Positions 9,068 through 19,661 are shown, numbered from the stretch's first letter. The stretch: DNA of 64,000 nt from Methanomassiliicoccaceae archaeon UBA472 (GCA_002497075.1 DAML01000026.1:276-64275); one strand, 5' to 3'. Numbers and translations: made by a program. The notes: generated from the sequence alone by a model not told the origin.

Positions 9068-9988
9068 TCACGCGCTCATCTCCGTGAGCTTGACGAAGAC
9101 GTCCTCCAAAGAGGGCGCGAGGGTGTTCAGGGAGATTATGGTCAGCCCCAGGTCGTCCCGTACCTGCATTATTTTGTTCATGGCCTCGTCCGGGTCCGAG
9201 GTGTAGAACCTGAGCTTGTTGCCTTCCCCCTCGGCCCTGGTAATGCATTGGTCGAAGAATAGCCCGCATTCCACCACCCGGTCGAAGGTGACCTCCACGG
9301 ACCGCGCTCCCTCGAAGGTCGACCTCAATCTTTCAGGGGTGTCCAGGGCGACTATCTTACCGTGGTTGATTATGCAGACCCGGTGGCAAAGGCGATTGGC
9401 CTCCTCGATGTTGTGCGTAGTAAGCACTACAGTGCATCCGGCCTTGTTCATCCCGTTGACCTTTTCCACGATCATGCGCCGGCTCTGCACGTCCAAGCCT
9501 TCGGTGGGCTCGTCCAGGAACAGCACCTGCGGCTGGTGTATGATGGCGCATCCGATGCTTACCCGCTGCTTCATGCCCTTGGAGAACCTCTTGATCTTCT
9601 CATCGGACCTGGCCCCGAGCCCTAGCTCTTCCAGCAGCGCGGAGGCCCGCTCCATGCGGGTTCGTTTGGTCAATCCGTAGAAGCGTCCGAAGAGCTCCAG
9701 GTTCTCCCGGGCGGTGAGGTCCGGGTAAACGTTCCCGATCTCCGGAATGACCCCTAACTTCTCCTTGGCCAGCAAGGGCTCCCTGTCCATACTGACGCCC
9801 ATTATGCGGACGTTGCCCTGGTCGGGGCGGAGCACGCCGATCATCATTCTTATGGTGGTGGTCTTGCCCGCCCCGTTCGGACCGAGCAGACCGAAGAACT
9901 GCCCCTTGGGCACTTCGAAGCTCACGTCGTCCACCGCTTTGAACTCCCCGAAGAGCTTGGTCAATCCATTCGCTTCGATCGCCGGCAT
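9068..9988 (-). CDS. ABC transporter ATP-binding protein (DrrA-like)
   Basis: Walker A GLLGPNGAGKTT, signature FSKGMKQRV and Walker B VLFLDEPTEGLD. I chose the start at MPAIEANGLTK. Confidence 0.92.
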   Translation of the reverse strand: MPAIEANGLTKLFGEFKAVDDVSFEVPKGQFFGLLGPNGAGKTTTIRMMIGVLRPDQGNVRIMGVSMDREPLLAKEKLGVIPEIGNVYPDLTARENLELFGRFYGLTKRTRMERASALLEELGLGARSDEKIKRFSKGMKQRVSIGCAIIHQPQVLFLDEPTEGLDVQSRRMIVEKVNGMNKAGCTVVLTTHNIEEANRLCHRVCIINHGKIVALDTPERLRSTFEGARSVEVTFDRVVECGLFFDQCITRAEGEGNKLRFYTSDPDEAMNKIMQVRDDLGLTIISLNTLAPSLEDVFVKLTEMSA

Positions 9989-10215
9989 ATGGTCAACTGC
10001 CAGTCTGTGATGGCTCCTATGGATATTAAACGATTTCAATTTATTTTTGAACGATACGTCCATTCTGTATTTCGGAATGTGTTCCAGGGGGATGGAACGA
10101 CGCCGCGCTACCCAAGGTCACTGGCCTTCCCAAGCAAATCATTTTTTATTGCATCGCCATCCCTGTGCCGTAGAATCACCGCTAGCGCTCATAACGATCG
10201 CCAGGGGAATTTGCC

Positions 10216-11451
10216 ATGAAGGACCACTTCACCATCGACGACCTGGACATCAAGGGGAAGACCGTCATCTACCGCGTGGACATCAACTGCCCGCTGAAGA
10301 AGGACACCCTGGACCTGGCCAACGATAACCGAATCCAGGAGATATTGCCGACCTTGCGGGAGCTTTTGAATCGTGGGGCCAAGGTCGTCATCCTCGCCCA
10401 TCAGAGCCGCCCGGGGGAGTGGGATTACATCTCATTGGAGAGGCACGCCAAGCGCACCTCGGAGCTTCTTGGCGTGGAAGTGACGTACATACACGACATA
10501 TACGGGGAGAAGGCCAAGAAGACCATACAGCGCATGATGCCCGGCGAGGCGGTCATGCTCAGGAACGTCAGGGACGAGAAGGGGGAGATGGACAAGGCCA
10601 GCATGGAGCAGCATGCCCAATCGCCGATGGTAAAGGAGCTTTCCGCCCTGGCCGATCTTTACATATCGGATGCTTTCGGCGCCGCCCACCGTTCCCAATG
10701 CTCGCTGGTAGGATTCCAGGCGGTGCTCCCGTCGGCCGCCGGGAGGCTGATGGAGAAGGAACTGACCGCGCTAGGCCGGGTCATCGACTCGCCTTCCCAC
10801 CCCTGCGTTTTCGTTCTAGGGGGATCGAAGTTCGCCGACGCCATCAAGGTGGTGGATAGGGTGCTGAGAGAGAACATCGCCGACAAGGTCCTTATGGTGG
10901 GATTGGCCGGCAACGCCTTCCTGAAGGCCAGGGGCATCCAGCTCGGGGAGAGGAACGAACAGATCCTCATGGAGGAGTTCACCGAGGAGAACCTCAAGGC
11001 GGCCAAGGCCCTGCTGGACAAGTACGGCGATCGCATCGAGACCCCGGTGGACGTGGCCCTGGACGACGGAGGGTTGAGGAAGGACGTTCCCATAGGGGCA
11101 TTGCCGTCCGAGCTGCCGATATCCGACATAGGAAAGGAGACGGCGGCCAAGTTCTCGGACATCGTCTCCAAGGCTTGCACGGTGTTCATCTCCGGCCCGG
11201 CCGGGGTCATCGAGAAGGAGGAGTTCTCCTTCGGAACAAAAGCGCTAATGGAGGCGACGGTCTCCTCGGACGCCTTCTCCGTGATAGGCGGAGGGCATAC
11301 GGTGAGCGCCGCGCAGAGGTACGGATGCTGCGACCGTTTCTCGTACGTAAGCACCGGTGGTGGGGCGTTGGAGAACTATATCATGGGCAAGCCGCTGCCG
11401 GTCGTCGAGGCCCTGAAGGCCGCCCATCGGCGGGAGACCGGCAAGCATTAG
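10216..11451 (+). CDS. pgk: phosphoglycerate kinase
   Basis: 411 aa. RVDINCPL, ILAHQSRPG, SDAFGAAHR and STGGGA motifs. Confidence 0.95.
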   Translation: MKDHFTIDDLDIKGKTVIYRVDINCPLKKDTLDLANDNRIQEILPTLRELLNRGAKVVILAHQSRPGEWDYISLERHAKRTSELLGVEVTYIHDIYGEKAKKTIQRMMPGEAVMLRNVRDEKGEMDKASMEQHAQSPMVKELSALADLYISDAFGAAHRSQCSLVGFQAVLPSAAGRLMEKELTALGRVIDSPSHPCVFVLGGSKFADAIKVVDRVLRENIADKVLMVGLAGNAFLKARGIQLGERNEQILMEEFTEENLKAAKALLDKYGDRIETPVDVALDDGGLRKDVPIGALPSELPISDIGKETAAKFSDIVSKACTVFISGPAGVIEKEEFSFGTKALMEATVSSDAFSVIGGGHTVSAAQRYGCCDRFSYVSTGGGALENYIMGKPLPVVEALKAAHRRETGKH

Positions 11452-11525
11452 ATCTGGCGTCCATCCAAAAAACAACGTATAATCGGTGTTAAGGTTTTAT
11501 ATCACAAGCTCCACCTGCATCGTTC

Positions 11526-12665
11526 ATGGACCCCGCGGAGTTCGACGAACGGTGCAGGAGATGCGGAAAATGCCTGGAAGCCTGTTCGCAATACTCGGAC
11601 ATAGAGATAATAGATTCTTTGGTCGATTATCTGAAGAACGGCAAGGAGAGCTCATTCGACATAACCCAGTGTCTGACCTGCGGGAAGTGCGAATCGGTGT
11701 GCCCGGAGAAGCTCAGCCTCAAGCTGCTCATTAAGGACTCCCGGTTGAAGAGGGTCGCGGCGGCTGGCCTATCTGACATCAACTTCATATGCGATCCCGG
11801 TTACGACCGCAACATCTTCAAGACCGCCGCGGAGACCGAGGAGCCGTTGCTCTTTGAGCCGGGAAAGGCGGACGTCGTCTACTACCCGGGTTGCTATTCC
11901 AGCTACATACACAAGACCATGGTCCTGGCCATCACCCGCCTGATGGAGAGGGCGGGAGTGGACTTCGCCGTCCTGGACGGTCTGGACAACTGTTGCGGAC
12001 TGGCCTCGGCGGGGACCGGAAACCCGGCGGTCATAAAGGCCAACGGACCCAAGATCATCGCCAAGCTCAGGGAGATGGGGGCCAAACAGGTGGTCACCTC
12101 CTGCCCGGGCTGTTTCATGGCCCTGTCCAAGGCGTACCCTGCTATGTTCGGGGAGCTGGGCTTCGAAGTGGTACAGGCATCCCAGTTCCTGAAAGGACTG
12201 ATCGAACAGGGCCGGCTTAAGCCCGGGGAAGGGGCCGGAGGCCGGGTCTATTATCATGACCCCTGCCATCTGACCAGGGGGGCGGGGATCTACAAGGAGC
12301 CGAGGGACCTGTTGGAGAAGGTGCCCGGAACCGAGCTGATGAACCCCGGACCGGAGGGCTCCAACTGTTGCGGCTTCGGGGGAGGGGTGAGGCTGAACCA
12401 TCCTACCGAGTCCATAAAGGCCTCATGCACGGAGCACCAGCAGGTGAAGGCCGAGGGAGGGGACATCATCATCACCAATTGCGCGGGCTGCCGGCAGAAC
12501 CTGATCGAAGGCCGGCCTGAAGACGGTCCCAAGGTTTACGATCTGGCCGAGTACCTGTTGCTCTCCCTGGGCGAAGAGCTGCCTCGTGACGACCAGGCCC
12601 TGATAGATCTGGTGAACAAGGCGTATGCCAGGGGCGTGCGGGGGTACAAGAGGCCAGCCCTGTAG
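11526..12665 (+). CDS. (Fe-S)-binding protein with two CCG domains (HdrD / GlcF / LutA-like)
   Basis: Two ferredoxin-type motifs (CRRCGKCLEAC and CLTCGKCESVCP). They are followed by two cysteine-rich CCG repeats (NCCG...CPGC and HDPCH...CCGFGGG...CAGC). Confidence 0.8.
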   Translation: MDPAEFDERCRRCGKCLEACSQYSDIEIIDSLVDYLKNGKESSFDITQCLTCGKCESVCPEKLSLKLLIKDSRLKRVAAAGLSDINFICDPGYDRNIFKTAAETEEPLLFEPGKADVVYYPGCYSSYIHKTMVLAITRLMERAGVDFAVLDGLDNCCGLASAGTGNPAVIKANGPKIIAKLREMGAKQVVTSCPGCFMALSKAYPAMFGELGFEVVQASQFLKGLIEQGRLKPGEGAGGRVYYHDPCHLTRGAGIYKEPRDLLEKVPGTELMNPGPEGSNCCGFGGGVRLNHPTESIKASCTEHQQVKAEGGDIIITNCAGCRQNLIEGRPEDGPKVYDLAEYLLLSLGEELPRDDQALIDLVNKAYARGVRGYKRPAL

Positions 12666-12731
12666 ACCGCAATGCGGACCTCGGACGTGCGCGGTGCGGA
12701 CCATACCATCTGCAGATCCGTGCGCTGGGCG

Positions 12732-13355
12732 CTACACCCGGGCCGAAATGACCGTGAACAGCCCATCACCGTGCCCTTCTCGGACCGGCTCGGGAGCGGT
12801 CAGGCCTCCTGGATCGGAGAATATGGTCTGGAAGGTGCTCTCGATCGTGCAGCCGGCCTGTTCTAGGAGATCGAACGTCTCGGCGGCCGACAGGAACCTG
12901 GCATCGCGATAGAAACGGCTGCCTTCGGCGCCTGCCTCGTACCTCCTTCCCAGAGAACTGTCCCGGTCCAGTATCCCGACCAACAAAGAACCGCCCCTGC
13001 GGACGACCCTCGTGGCTTCCCGAAGGGCATCCAGTGGGTCATTGACGAAACATAGCACCGTGACCATCAATGCGAAATCGAAGGCTCCGTCGCGGAAGGG
13101 AAGGTTCTCCGCCCTGCCCTGGACGACCTGCAGCCCTTTCTTACCGGCCAGGCGGAGCATGGGGATCGACGGGTCCACGCCCACGACCATCTCGAAGGGA
13201 GTGGAGAAGCGCCCGGTCCCCGACCCGATGTCCACCCCCCGGCCTTCCGGTACTACCTTGGCCAGGGCGGCCAGCTCGGAGCGGTAGGCCCATGGATTGC
13301 GCTCGAACCATTCATCGTATTCCATGGCGAACCGGACGAAGGGGTCGTTGAGCAT
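12732..13355 (-). CDS. class I SAM-dependent methyltransferase
   Basis: Motif I VDIGSGTGRFS and post-I/II motifs (LPFRDGAFDFALMV). It is the last gene of the lysine operon strand. Confidence 0.8.
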   Translation of the reverse strand: MLNDPFVRFAMEYDEWFERNPWAYRSELAALAKVVPEGRGVDIGSGTGRFSTPFEMVVGVDPSIPMLRLAGKKGLQVVQGRAENLPFRDGAFDFALMVTVLCFVNDPLDALREATRVVRRGGSLLVGILDRDSSLGRRYEAGAEGSRFYRDARFLSAAETFDLLEQAGCTIESTFQTIFSDPGGLTAPEPVREGHGDGLFTVISARV

Positions 13356-13383
13356 CGGACCTTCCGAACGCGCCCTCCGTGGC

Positions 13384-14541
13384 TCAGAGGACCTTGGACA
13401 TCCGTTCCAACGCTTCCTCGATGCGCTCCACGGACTGGGTGGTCGCCATTCGAACGTAGCCTTCGCCGTTCTTTCCGAAGCCTATGCCCGGGGTGACGAC
13501 GATACCGGCGTTCAGCATGGTCTCGGCGAACTCGAGCGAGGGGCCGTCAACCTTCAGCCAAAGGTAGAAGGTCGCTTTCGGCGGTTTGACCTTGAAACCG
13601 AGCTTGCGCAATCCGTTGACGAGAACGTTCCTCCGCTCCTGATAGACGGCGATGTTGTCCTGGAGCATCTGCGGCCTCTGCCCGTTCTTGTACTCGCCGA
13701 GGGACATGGTCACCGCCCTCTGCAGGAACTTGGGCGCTCCGGAGTCGATCTGGGACTTGACCTTTTTCAATCCGGCTATTAGCTTGGCGTCCCCAACCGC
13801 GTATCCTATGCGGTAACCGGTCATGTTGAACGTCTTCGACAGGGACCCGAACTCAATGATGCCATCACTGTGGCCCACCTCGATTGCCGAAGGTGCCACG
13901 TAGTCGTCGAAGGTCATCTCCGAATAGGCGTTGTCATAGCAGAAGATCGTGTTGGTCTCGTTGCACCACCTGTGGGCCTTTAACAGGAAGGTCTTGTCGC
14001 ACACCGCCCCCGTGGGGTTGTTCGGATAGTTCAGGTATATCATTCGGGCGTCATCCGGCAGGGATTCCATATCTGGGAGGAAGCCCTTCTCTGGAAGAAG
14101 CGGGAAGCGCACCGGGACCGCGTCCGTCAGCAATGCCGCTCCCTGAGCGTACACTGGATAGGCCGGGTCGGGCGCCAGCACCTTCTCGCCGGGGTTGACG
14201 AAAGCGCGGCATATGTTGGCCAGACCCTCCTTGGAACCGATCAGGATGGCCACCTCTCCATTGGGATCGATGTCCACGTTGAAGCGCTCCTTGTACCAGC
14301 GCGCGATCGCCCTTCGGGTATCGGCCTCGCCGGCGCTTGACGGGTAGCGGTGGTTGTCCGGATCGTCCAGCTCGTGCTTGATGAAATCCACTATCGGTCG
14401 GGGCGTTGGAAGGTCGGGATCGCCGATCCCGAGATCGATGATGTCCATGCCTTCCTTTTTCTTCTTCTCCACCTTCTCCTCGATCTCCGCGAAGAGATAT
14501 GGAGGCAGCATCTTCAGCCTGTTAGCGTAATCAAATTCCAT
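13384..14541 (-). CDS. dapL: LL-diaminopimelate aminotransferase (class I PLP aminotransferase)
   Basis: N-terminus LPPYLFAEIEEK...IDLGIGDPDLPTP and PLP lysine region SLSKTFNMTGYRIGY. Embedded between dapF and the rest of the lysine genes, with no dapD/C/E present. Confidence 0.75.
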   Translation of the reverse strand: MEFDYANRLKMLPPYLFAEIEEKVEKKKKEGMDIIDLGIGDPDLPTPRPIVDFIKHELDDPDNHRYPSSAGEADTRRAIARWYKERFNVDIDPNGEVAILIGSKEGLANICRAFVNPGEKVLAPDPAYPVYAQGAALLTDAVPVRFPLLPEKGFLPDMESLPDDARMIYLNYPNNPTGAVCDKTFLLKAHRWCNETNTIFCYDNAYSEMTFDDYVAPSAIEVGHSDGIIEFGSLSKTFNMTGYRIGYAVGDAKLIAGLKKVKSQIDSGAPKFLQRAVTMSLGEYKNGQRPQMLQDNIAVYQERRNVLVNGLRKLGFKVKPPKATFYLWLKVDGPSLEFAETMLNAGIVVTPGIGFGKNGEGYVRMATTQSVERIEEALERMSKVL

Positions 14542-14545
14542 ATGC

Positions 14546-15370
14546 TCACATCCGCCCTTCGAACACCAGTGCCGCCGGGCCGCGCATGGTCACCATGGAT
14601 AGGTCCTCCGAGACCTTTATCCAGAGGCTTCCCCCGGGGAGGCGCACCTGCACCTCCTTTCCGAACGGTGCCTTGCCCAGCAGTCCGGCCGCCACCGCCG
14701 TCGCGCAAGCTCCGGTCCCGCAGGCCATGGTCCACCCGGCCCCCCTCTCGTACACCCTGACATCCAATATCCCATCCACCGATTTAACGAATTCTACGTT
14801 GGTCCGGCGCGGGAACAAATGATGAGCGTGAACGACCGGTCCCAGGCTCTCGACGTCCTGGTCGCTGAGATCGTCGAATATGATCAGGTGAGGATTGCCC
14901 ATGGACACTGCGGTGCCGTGCAGCACCCTCCCCTCGACCTCGATCGCCCTATCTATGAACTTACCCTCCCCGTTCACCGGGATGTCGCGGCATTCCAGGC
15001 GAGGCGCTCCCATCTCCACGGTGGCGGCCACGGCCTTTCCGTTCTCCACGTCCAGCTTGATGTTCATTATGCCGGCCAGGGTCTCGATGGTCATCCTTTC
15101 CTCTTTCTTGTGGCCCATATCGTAAACGTGCTTGGCCAGGCATCTGATGCCGTTGCCGCACATCTCCGCCACCGAGCCGTCGGAGTTCATGACCCGCATG
15201 GTGAAATCTGCTTTTTCGCTGTTCTCCAGATACAGTATGCCGTCCGCCCCGACCCCGAAGCGGCGGTGACAGACGGAACGCACGTGATCGGGGTCCTTGG
15301 ACACGCTCCCGTCGAAATTCTCGACCAGCACGAAGTCGTTGCCCAGCCCGTGGTACTTCCAGAACCTCAT
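14546..15370 (-). CDS. dapF: diaminopimelate epimerase
   Basis: MRFWKYHGLGNDFVLV and the two catalytic Cys contexts (EMCGNGIRC and MACGTGACA). Confidence 0.92.
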   Translation of the reverse strand: MRFWKYHGLGNDFVLVENFDGSVSKDPDHVRSVCHRRFGVGADGILYLENSEKADFTMRVMNSDGSVAEMCGNGIRCLAKHVYDMGHKKEERMTIETLAGIMNIKLDVENGKAVAATVEMGAPRLECRDIPVNGEGKFIDRAIEVEGRVLHGTAVSMGNPHLIIFDDLSDQDVESLGPVVHAHHLFPRRTNVEFVKSVDGILDVRVYERGAGWTMACGTGACATAVAAGLLGKAPFGKEVQVRLPGGSLWIKVSEDLSMVTMRGPAALVFEGRM

Positions 15371-16623
15371 TTGTTCAGCCTCGACGGTATCTTCTGCAGG
15401 CGGAAGAGGTCCTTGATCTCTTCCCTCTCCCGGATCAGGAAGGACTTCCGGTCCGCGACCAGCACTTCCGCGCAGCGCGGCCTGGTGTTGTAGTTGGAGG
15501 ACATCGAGTATCCGTACGCGCCGACATCGTAAACGCAGAGGATGTCCCCGACGTCCACCCTGGGCAGGTAGCGTTCCTTGGCCAGATAATCACCGCTCTC
15601 GCAGAGCGGACCGGCCACGTCGTACTTCATCTGGGCCTGCTCCCCGAACTTGGTGGCCACCGCCACGTGATGATACGAATCGTAGAAGGCCGGGCGGATG
15701 AGAGTGTTGAACCCAGCGTCCACCAGCAGGTACTCCTTGACCGGGGTGGACTTGACGTCGTTCACCCTCGTCAGCAGAACAGTGGTGTCGGCCACGATGT
15801 ACCTTCCCGGCTCGATGACCAGCTGCTTCACGCCGCTGCCTTTGAGCTTCTCCGCGACCTCTGTTGCTATAGCGCCCAGGTCAGCGCGGAGCTCCTCCGG
15901 CCGGTAGGGGATGCTGATGCCCCCGCCGATGTCCAGGAACTCCAGGTCTATCCCGAGCTCGGCCCGCACCTTCTCGAATATGGCGACGAGCACTTCGGTC
16001 ACTTTTCCGAAAACGGCCGGGTCGCTTCCTCCGGAGCCGGTATGGGCGTGCAGCCCCTTGGGAGAGAATCCCAACCTCACCGCTTCCGCGAAGGCCTGGA
16101 CGATATCCTCCTTGGGTATGCCGAACTTGGCCCCTTTCGTTCCGGTGATGACCTTCTGCGAATGCCCGGAACCTACGTCCGGGTTGACCCGCAAGGATAT
16201 CGGGTGCTGAAAGTCGATGGCCGCCAGGCGCCTAAGCTGACCGACAGAGTCCACGTTGATCGGGACCTTTCTCTCCACCAGCATGCGCATCTCCTCGTCG
16301 GAGACGCTGACGCCGGTGTAAAGGATGCGGTCGGGAGAGAACCCGGCCTTCAGGCAGGACTCGACCTCGCCGATGGAAACGGCGTCAATGCAGGAGCCTT
16401 CCTGCTCCAGTATGCGGAGGATGGCAAGATTTGTATTGGCCTTGCAGGCGTAGTTGACCCTGGTCGGGAAAACGGCGTTGAAAGCCCCGGATATCGCCCG
16501 GTAGTTCTCCCGCAGAGCGTTCTCGTCCGTGACCATCAAGGGAGTTCCGAACCGCTGAGCGAGCTTGGCGGCGGAGACGCCGCCGATGAGCATGTTGTCC
16601 TTTCTCTTCTGGAATTCTCTCAT
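15367..16623 (-). CDS. lysA: diaminopimelate decarboxylase
   Basis: The fold-type III PLP motifs YACKAN, HAHTGSG, DIGGG and GPLCESGD are all present. The ATG abuts the lysC stop. Confidence 0.92.
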   Translation of the reverse strand: MREFQKRKDNMLIGGVSAAKLAQRFGTPLMVTDENALRENYRAISGAFNAVFPTRVNYACKANTNLAILRILEQEGSCIDAVSIGEVESCLKAGFSPDRILYTGVSVSDEEMRMLVERKVPINVDSVGQLRRLAAIDFQHPISLRVNPDVGSGHSQKVITGTKGAKFGIPKEDIVQAFAEAVRLGFSPKGLHAHTGSGGSDPAVFGKVTEVLVAIFEKVRAELGIDLEFLDIGGGISIPYRPEELRADLGAIATEVAEKLKGSGVKQLVIEPGRYIVADTTVLLTRVNDVKSTPVKEYLLVDAGFNTLIRPAFYDSYHHVAVATKFGEQAQMKYDVAGPLCESGDYLAKERYLPRVDVGDILCVYDVGAYGYSMSSNYNTRPRCAEVLVADRKSFLIREREEIKDLFRLQKIPSRLNK

Positions 16624-17976
16624 TCAAGCACCTATGTAGAGTTCATGCAATCTTCTAACCACGTCCACGGCCTTGGAGCCGCCGACCATGAAATTCAGCG
16701 CTATGTCCGAAGCGCCTTCGGATATCAGTTCCACGTTGGCCCCCACGTCGGCCACGGCGGAGAATATCTTGGCGGAGACGCCGCAGCTCTCCAGCATGCC
16801 ATCCCCGACCGCGCAGATCAGGGCGGCATCCTCCTTGATCTTTATGGCCTCCACCTGATCGCGGAAGCTTTTCAATCTAGAGCATGCCTCCGGTACCGAT
16901 TCGGAGGGCACGACGACCGCCAACGTCGACAGAGAGGTCGATACTGCGTATATGGTGGTCCCGTCAGCGCTGATGGCCTCCAATATCCTGGCCACCAGCT
17001 CCGGCTGGTAGAACAGCTCGGATGAATATATCTTCACGATGCTGAGCCCGGTCTTCAGGGCGACGCTCCTGAGCAGGTCCTGGCTGCTGCGGTTCAGCCC
17101 GTGAATGCGAGTGCCCTGCCCGGAAGGATTGAAGGTGTTCTTGACCAGGACCGCCACGCCCTTGCGTTTTGCCGGCTCTATGGTCCGGGGGTGCAGTACC
17201 TTGGCACCGAAATACGCTAGCTCGGCCGCCTCGCCGTAGTCCATCTCGGCTATGGTGCGAGCTCCTTTGACCACACGGGGATCAGCGGACATGAAGCCGT
17301 CCACGTCCGTCCAGATCTCGACTACATCGGCGTCCACCCCGTGGCCTACCACGGCGGCGGAGTAATCGGAACCGCCCCTTCCGAACGTCAGCGGACGTCC
17401 CCGGTTATCTGTTCCATAGAAACCGGTGATGATAGGGACCTTTCCCTCGTTCAACAGCGGCGCGAGCGTTCTGCGCAGGTTCGTCTCGGTCGCCGGAAGC
17501 ACGGCGCTGCCGTTCCCCGGGGGACCGGCGGCCACGATGCCGATCTCTTCTGATGTCAGAGCCAAAGAATCGGCACCGCGGGTGAGCAGTATGCACGAGA
17601 GGGTGAGGGACGACAAACGCTCGCCCCAGCTGGCCAGGGCGTCCTGGTACATTATGCGGTCCTCGTCCTGACGATACAGATGAATGAGATGTCCCAGTCC
17701 GGAGAGCCGGTACTCCAGCTGGTCCAGGTACTCGGGCATCAGCTCCTTAGAGATGTTTCCCTGGGCGGCATCCAGATGCTTCTGCCTCAGCCAATTGAGG
17801 TATTCCGGAACTTCTTTGCCGCCGCCCATCATCTCCAGGAGCGAGTTGGTGACCCCGGACATGGCCGAGACGACCACCGCCTTCTGGCAATCGTAGGACA
17901 TGATGATGTCCGCAGTACGGGACATGGCCTCGCCGGAGCCGACGCTGGTGCCCCCGAACTTCATGACCTTTCTCAT
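16624..17976 (-). CDS. lysC: aspartate kinase
   Basis: MKFGGTSVG, GRGGSDYSA, and the C-terminal ACT-domain region. Confidence 0.9.
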   Translation of the reverse strand: MRKVMKFGGTSVGSGEAMSRTADIIMSYDCQKAVVVSAMSGVTNSLLEMMGGGKEVPEYLNWLRQKHLDAAQGNISKELMPEYLDQLEYRLSGLGHLIHLYRQDEDRIMYQDALASWGERLSSLTLSCILLTRGADSLALTSEEIGIVAAGPPGNGSAVLPATETNLRRTLAPLLNEGKVPIITGFYGTDNRGRPLTFGRGGSDYSAAVVGHGVDADVVEIWTDVDGFMSADPRVVKGARTIAEMDYGEAAELAYFGAKVLHPRTIEPAKRKGVAVLVKNTFNPSGQGTRIHGLNRSSQDLLRSVALKTGLSIVKIYSSELFYQPELVARILEAISADGTTIYAVSTSLSTLAVVVPSESVPEACSRLKSFRDQVEAIKIKEDAALICAVGDGMLESCGVSAKIFSAVADVGANVELISEGASDIALNFMVGGSKAVDVVRRLHELYIGA

Positions 17977-18752
17977 ATACCGAGCACCTCGTCCATCCCG
18001 TGGACCTTGCCGTCCCGCAGCGGAGCTATCCAGCGTACGGCGGCGATGCAGCCTTCGGCGAAGGCCATTCGGGAATGAGCGCGGTGCGTCAGCTCGATGC
18101 GTTCCCGGTTGCCGGCGAAAATCACCGTATGCTCACCGACGATGTCCCCAGCCCGCACGGCGTGTATGCCGATCTCCCTGCCCCGGGCGCCGACCATGCC
18201 CTCCCTTCCGTTGACCATGCGGTCCACGCCAGTTTCTGCGGAGATCAGTTGAGCGGCCTTGACCGCCGTTCCGGAGGGGGCGTCCTTCTTCTTGTCGTGA
18301 TGCATCTCGATTATCTCGACTTCGTACTCCGGCAAAGCCCGGGCCAGGGTCTGGCACGCTTTCCAGAACACGTTCACGCCGATGGAGAAGTTCGGCGTGA
18401 CCAGAGCGGAAGAGCCGCTGCGTCCGACCATCTCGCTGATGCGGCCCAACGTTTCCGCAGATAGCCCGGTCGTTCCGACCACCACGTTCGTTCCGGCGCG
18501 AAGCGCCACTGGCAGGTTCCTTTCCACCGCCGCGGCGTTCGTCACGTCGACCAGCACCGTGCTGCGCTTGCACAGCTCCTCGAGGCCGTCCGGTCCCACC
18601 GCGATCACGCCCGGGTAGAGCTCGGTCCCGGCCTTCCCGCCTTCCGCGGATACTATGGCGCCGATCAAACGCATGTCCTTCTGTTCCCTGACGAGGGAGC
18701 ACACCATGGAGCCCAGTTTGCCCGTGGCTCCGGCTACTGTAACGTCTATCAT
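17973..18752 (-). CDS. dapB: 4-hydroxy-tetrahydrodipicolinate reductase
   Basis: VAGATGKLG N-terminus and EIIEMHHDKKKDAPSGTA catalytic motif. Confidence 0.92.
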   Translation of the reverse strand: MIDVTVAGATGKLGSMVCSLVREQKDMRLIGAIVSAEGGKAGTELYPGVIAVGPDGLEELCKRSTVLVDVTNAAAVERNLPVALRAGTNVVVGTTGLSAETLGRISEMVGRSGSSALVTPNFSIGVNVFWKACQTLARALPEYEVEIIEMHHDKKKDAPSGTAVKAAQLISAETGVDRMVNGREGMVGARGREIGIHAVRAGDIVGEHTVIFAGNRERIELTHRAHSRMAFAEGCIAAVRWIAPLRDGKVHGMDEVLGI

Positions 18753-18773
18753 GTCTGGGAGCCTCCTTTTCGC

Positions 18774-19661
18774 TCAGAGCAGCTTCAAGTCCGCTAACGT
18801 CTTCCTCAACACCTCGGCGGTCGCCGGCTCCATGTCGCACAGGGGCAGACGGAAAACGCCGGACGGTCTCCTGAGCATGCGCATGGCCGTCTTGACCGGG
18901 ATCGGATTCGTATCCAGGAACAGGTCGTTGAACAGCGGCAACAGCTGGAAATGCAGCTTTCTTGCTTGATCCCATTCACCGTCCAGAGCGGCATGGGTCA
19001 TCTGCACCATGAGCTCCGGAACGACGTTGGAGGTGACCGAGATGACGCCCTTGGCGCCCAATGCCATCATCGGGAACGTAAGAAGATCGTCACCGGACAG
19101 CACGCTGAAATCGGGACGGACGCTGGCCAGTATGGCGTTGATCTGGGTCATGTTCCCGCTTGCTTCCTTGACGGCCACGATGTTCGGCACCTCGGACAGG
19201 CGCTTGATCGTCCCGGCGGCGATGTTGGACCCCGTTCGGGAAGGCACGTTGTAGACGACGATGGGAACGTCCACCGCCTTGGCTATCGCCTCGTAGTGAC
19301 GGAAAATGCCCTTCTGATTGGGTTTGTTATAGTATGGGGAGATGAGCAATACACCGTCAACCCCCAGGTCCTTGGCCCCCCGGGACAGGTGGATCGCTTC
19401 ATGGGTGGCATTGCTGCCCGCCCCGGCGATGACCTTGGCCCTCTTGGCTTCCTCCCTAACGATACCTATGACCTTGAGGTGCTCCTTGTGTGATAGGGTG
19501 GCGGATTCTCCGGTGGTGCCGCATGGCACTATCGCATCAATGCCCGCCTCCTCTTGCATGCGTACTAGTTCTCTAAGACCTTCCTCATCGATCTCGCCGT
19601 CCTCTCGGAACGGGGTGATAAGCGCGGTGGCGCAGCCTTTGAACATCTTACTCAGCTCCAA
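18774..19661 (-). CDS. dapA: 4-hydroxy-tetrahydrodipicolinate synthase
   Basis: GCATALITPF, VPCGTTGES, YNVPSRTG and active-site Lys region VAVKEASG. Confidence 0.93.
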   Translation of the reverse strand: MELSKMFKGCATALITPFREDGEIDEEGLRELVRMQEEAGIDAIVPCGTTGESATLSHKEHLKVIGIVREEAKRAKVIAGAGSNATHEAIHLSRGAKDLGVDGVLLISPYYNKPNQKGIFRHYEAIAKAVDVPIVVYNVPSRTGSNIAAGTIKRLSEVPNIVAVKEASGNMTQINAILASVRPDFSVLSGDDLLTFPMMALGAKGVISVTSNVVPELMVQMTHAALDGEWDQARKLHFQLLPLFNDLFLDTNPIPVKTAMRMLRRPSGVFRLPLCDMEPATAEVLRKTLADLKLL

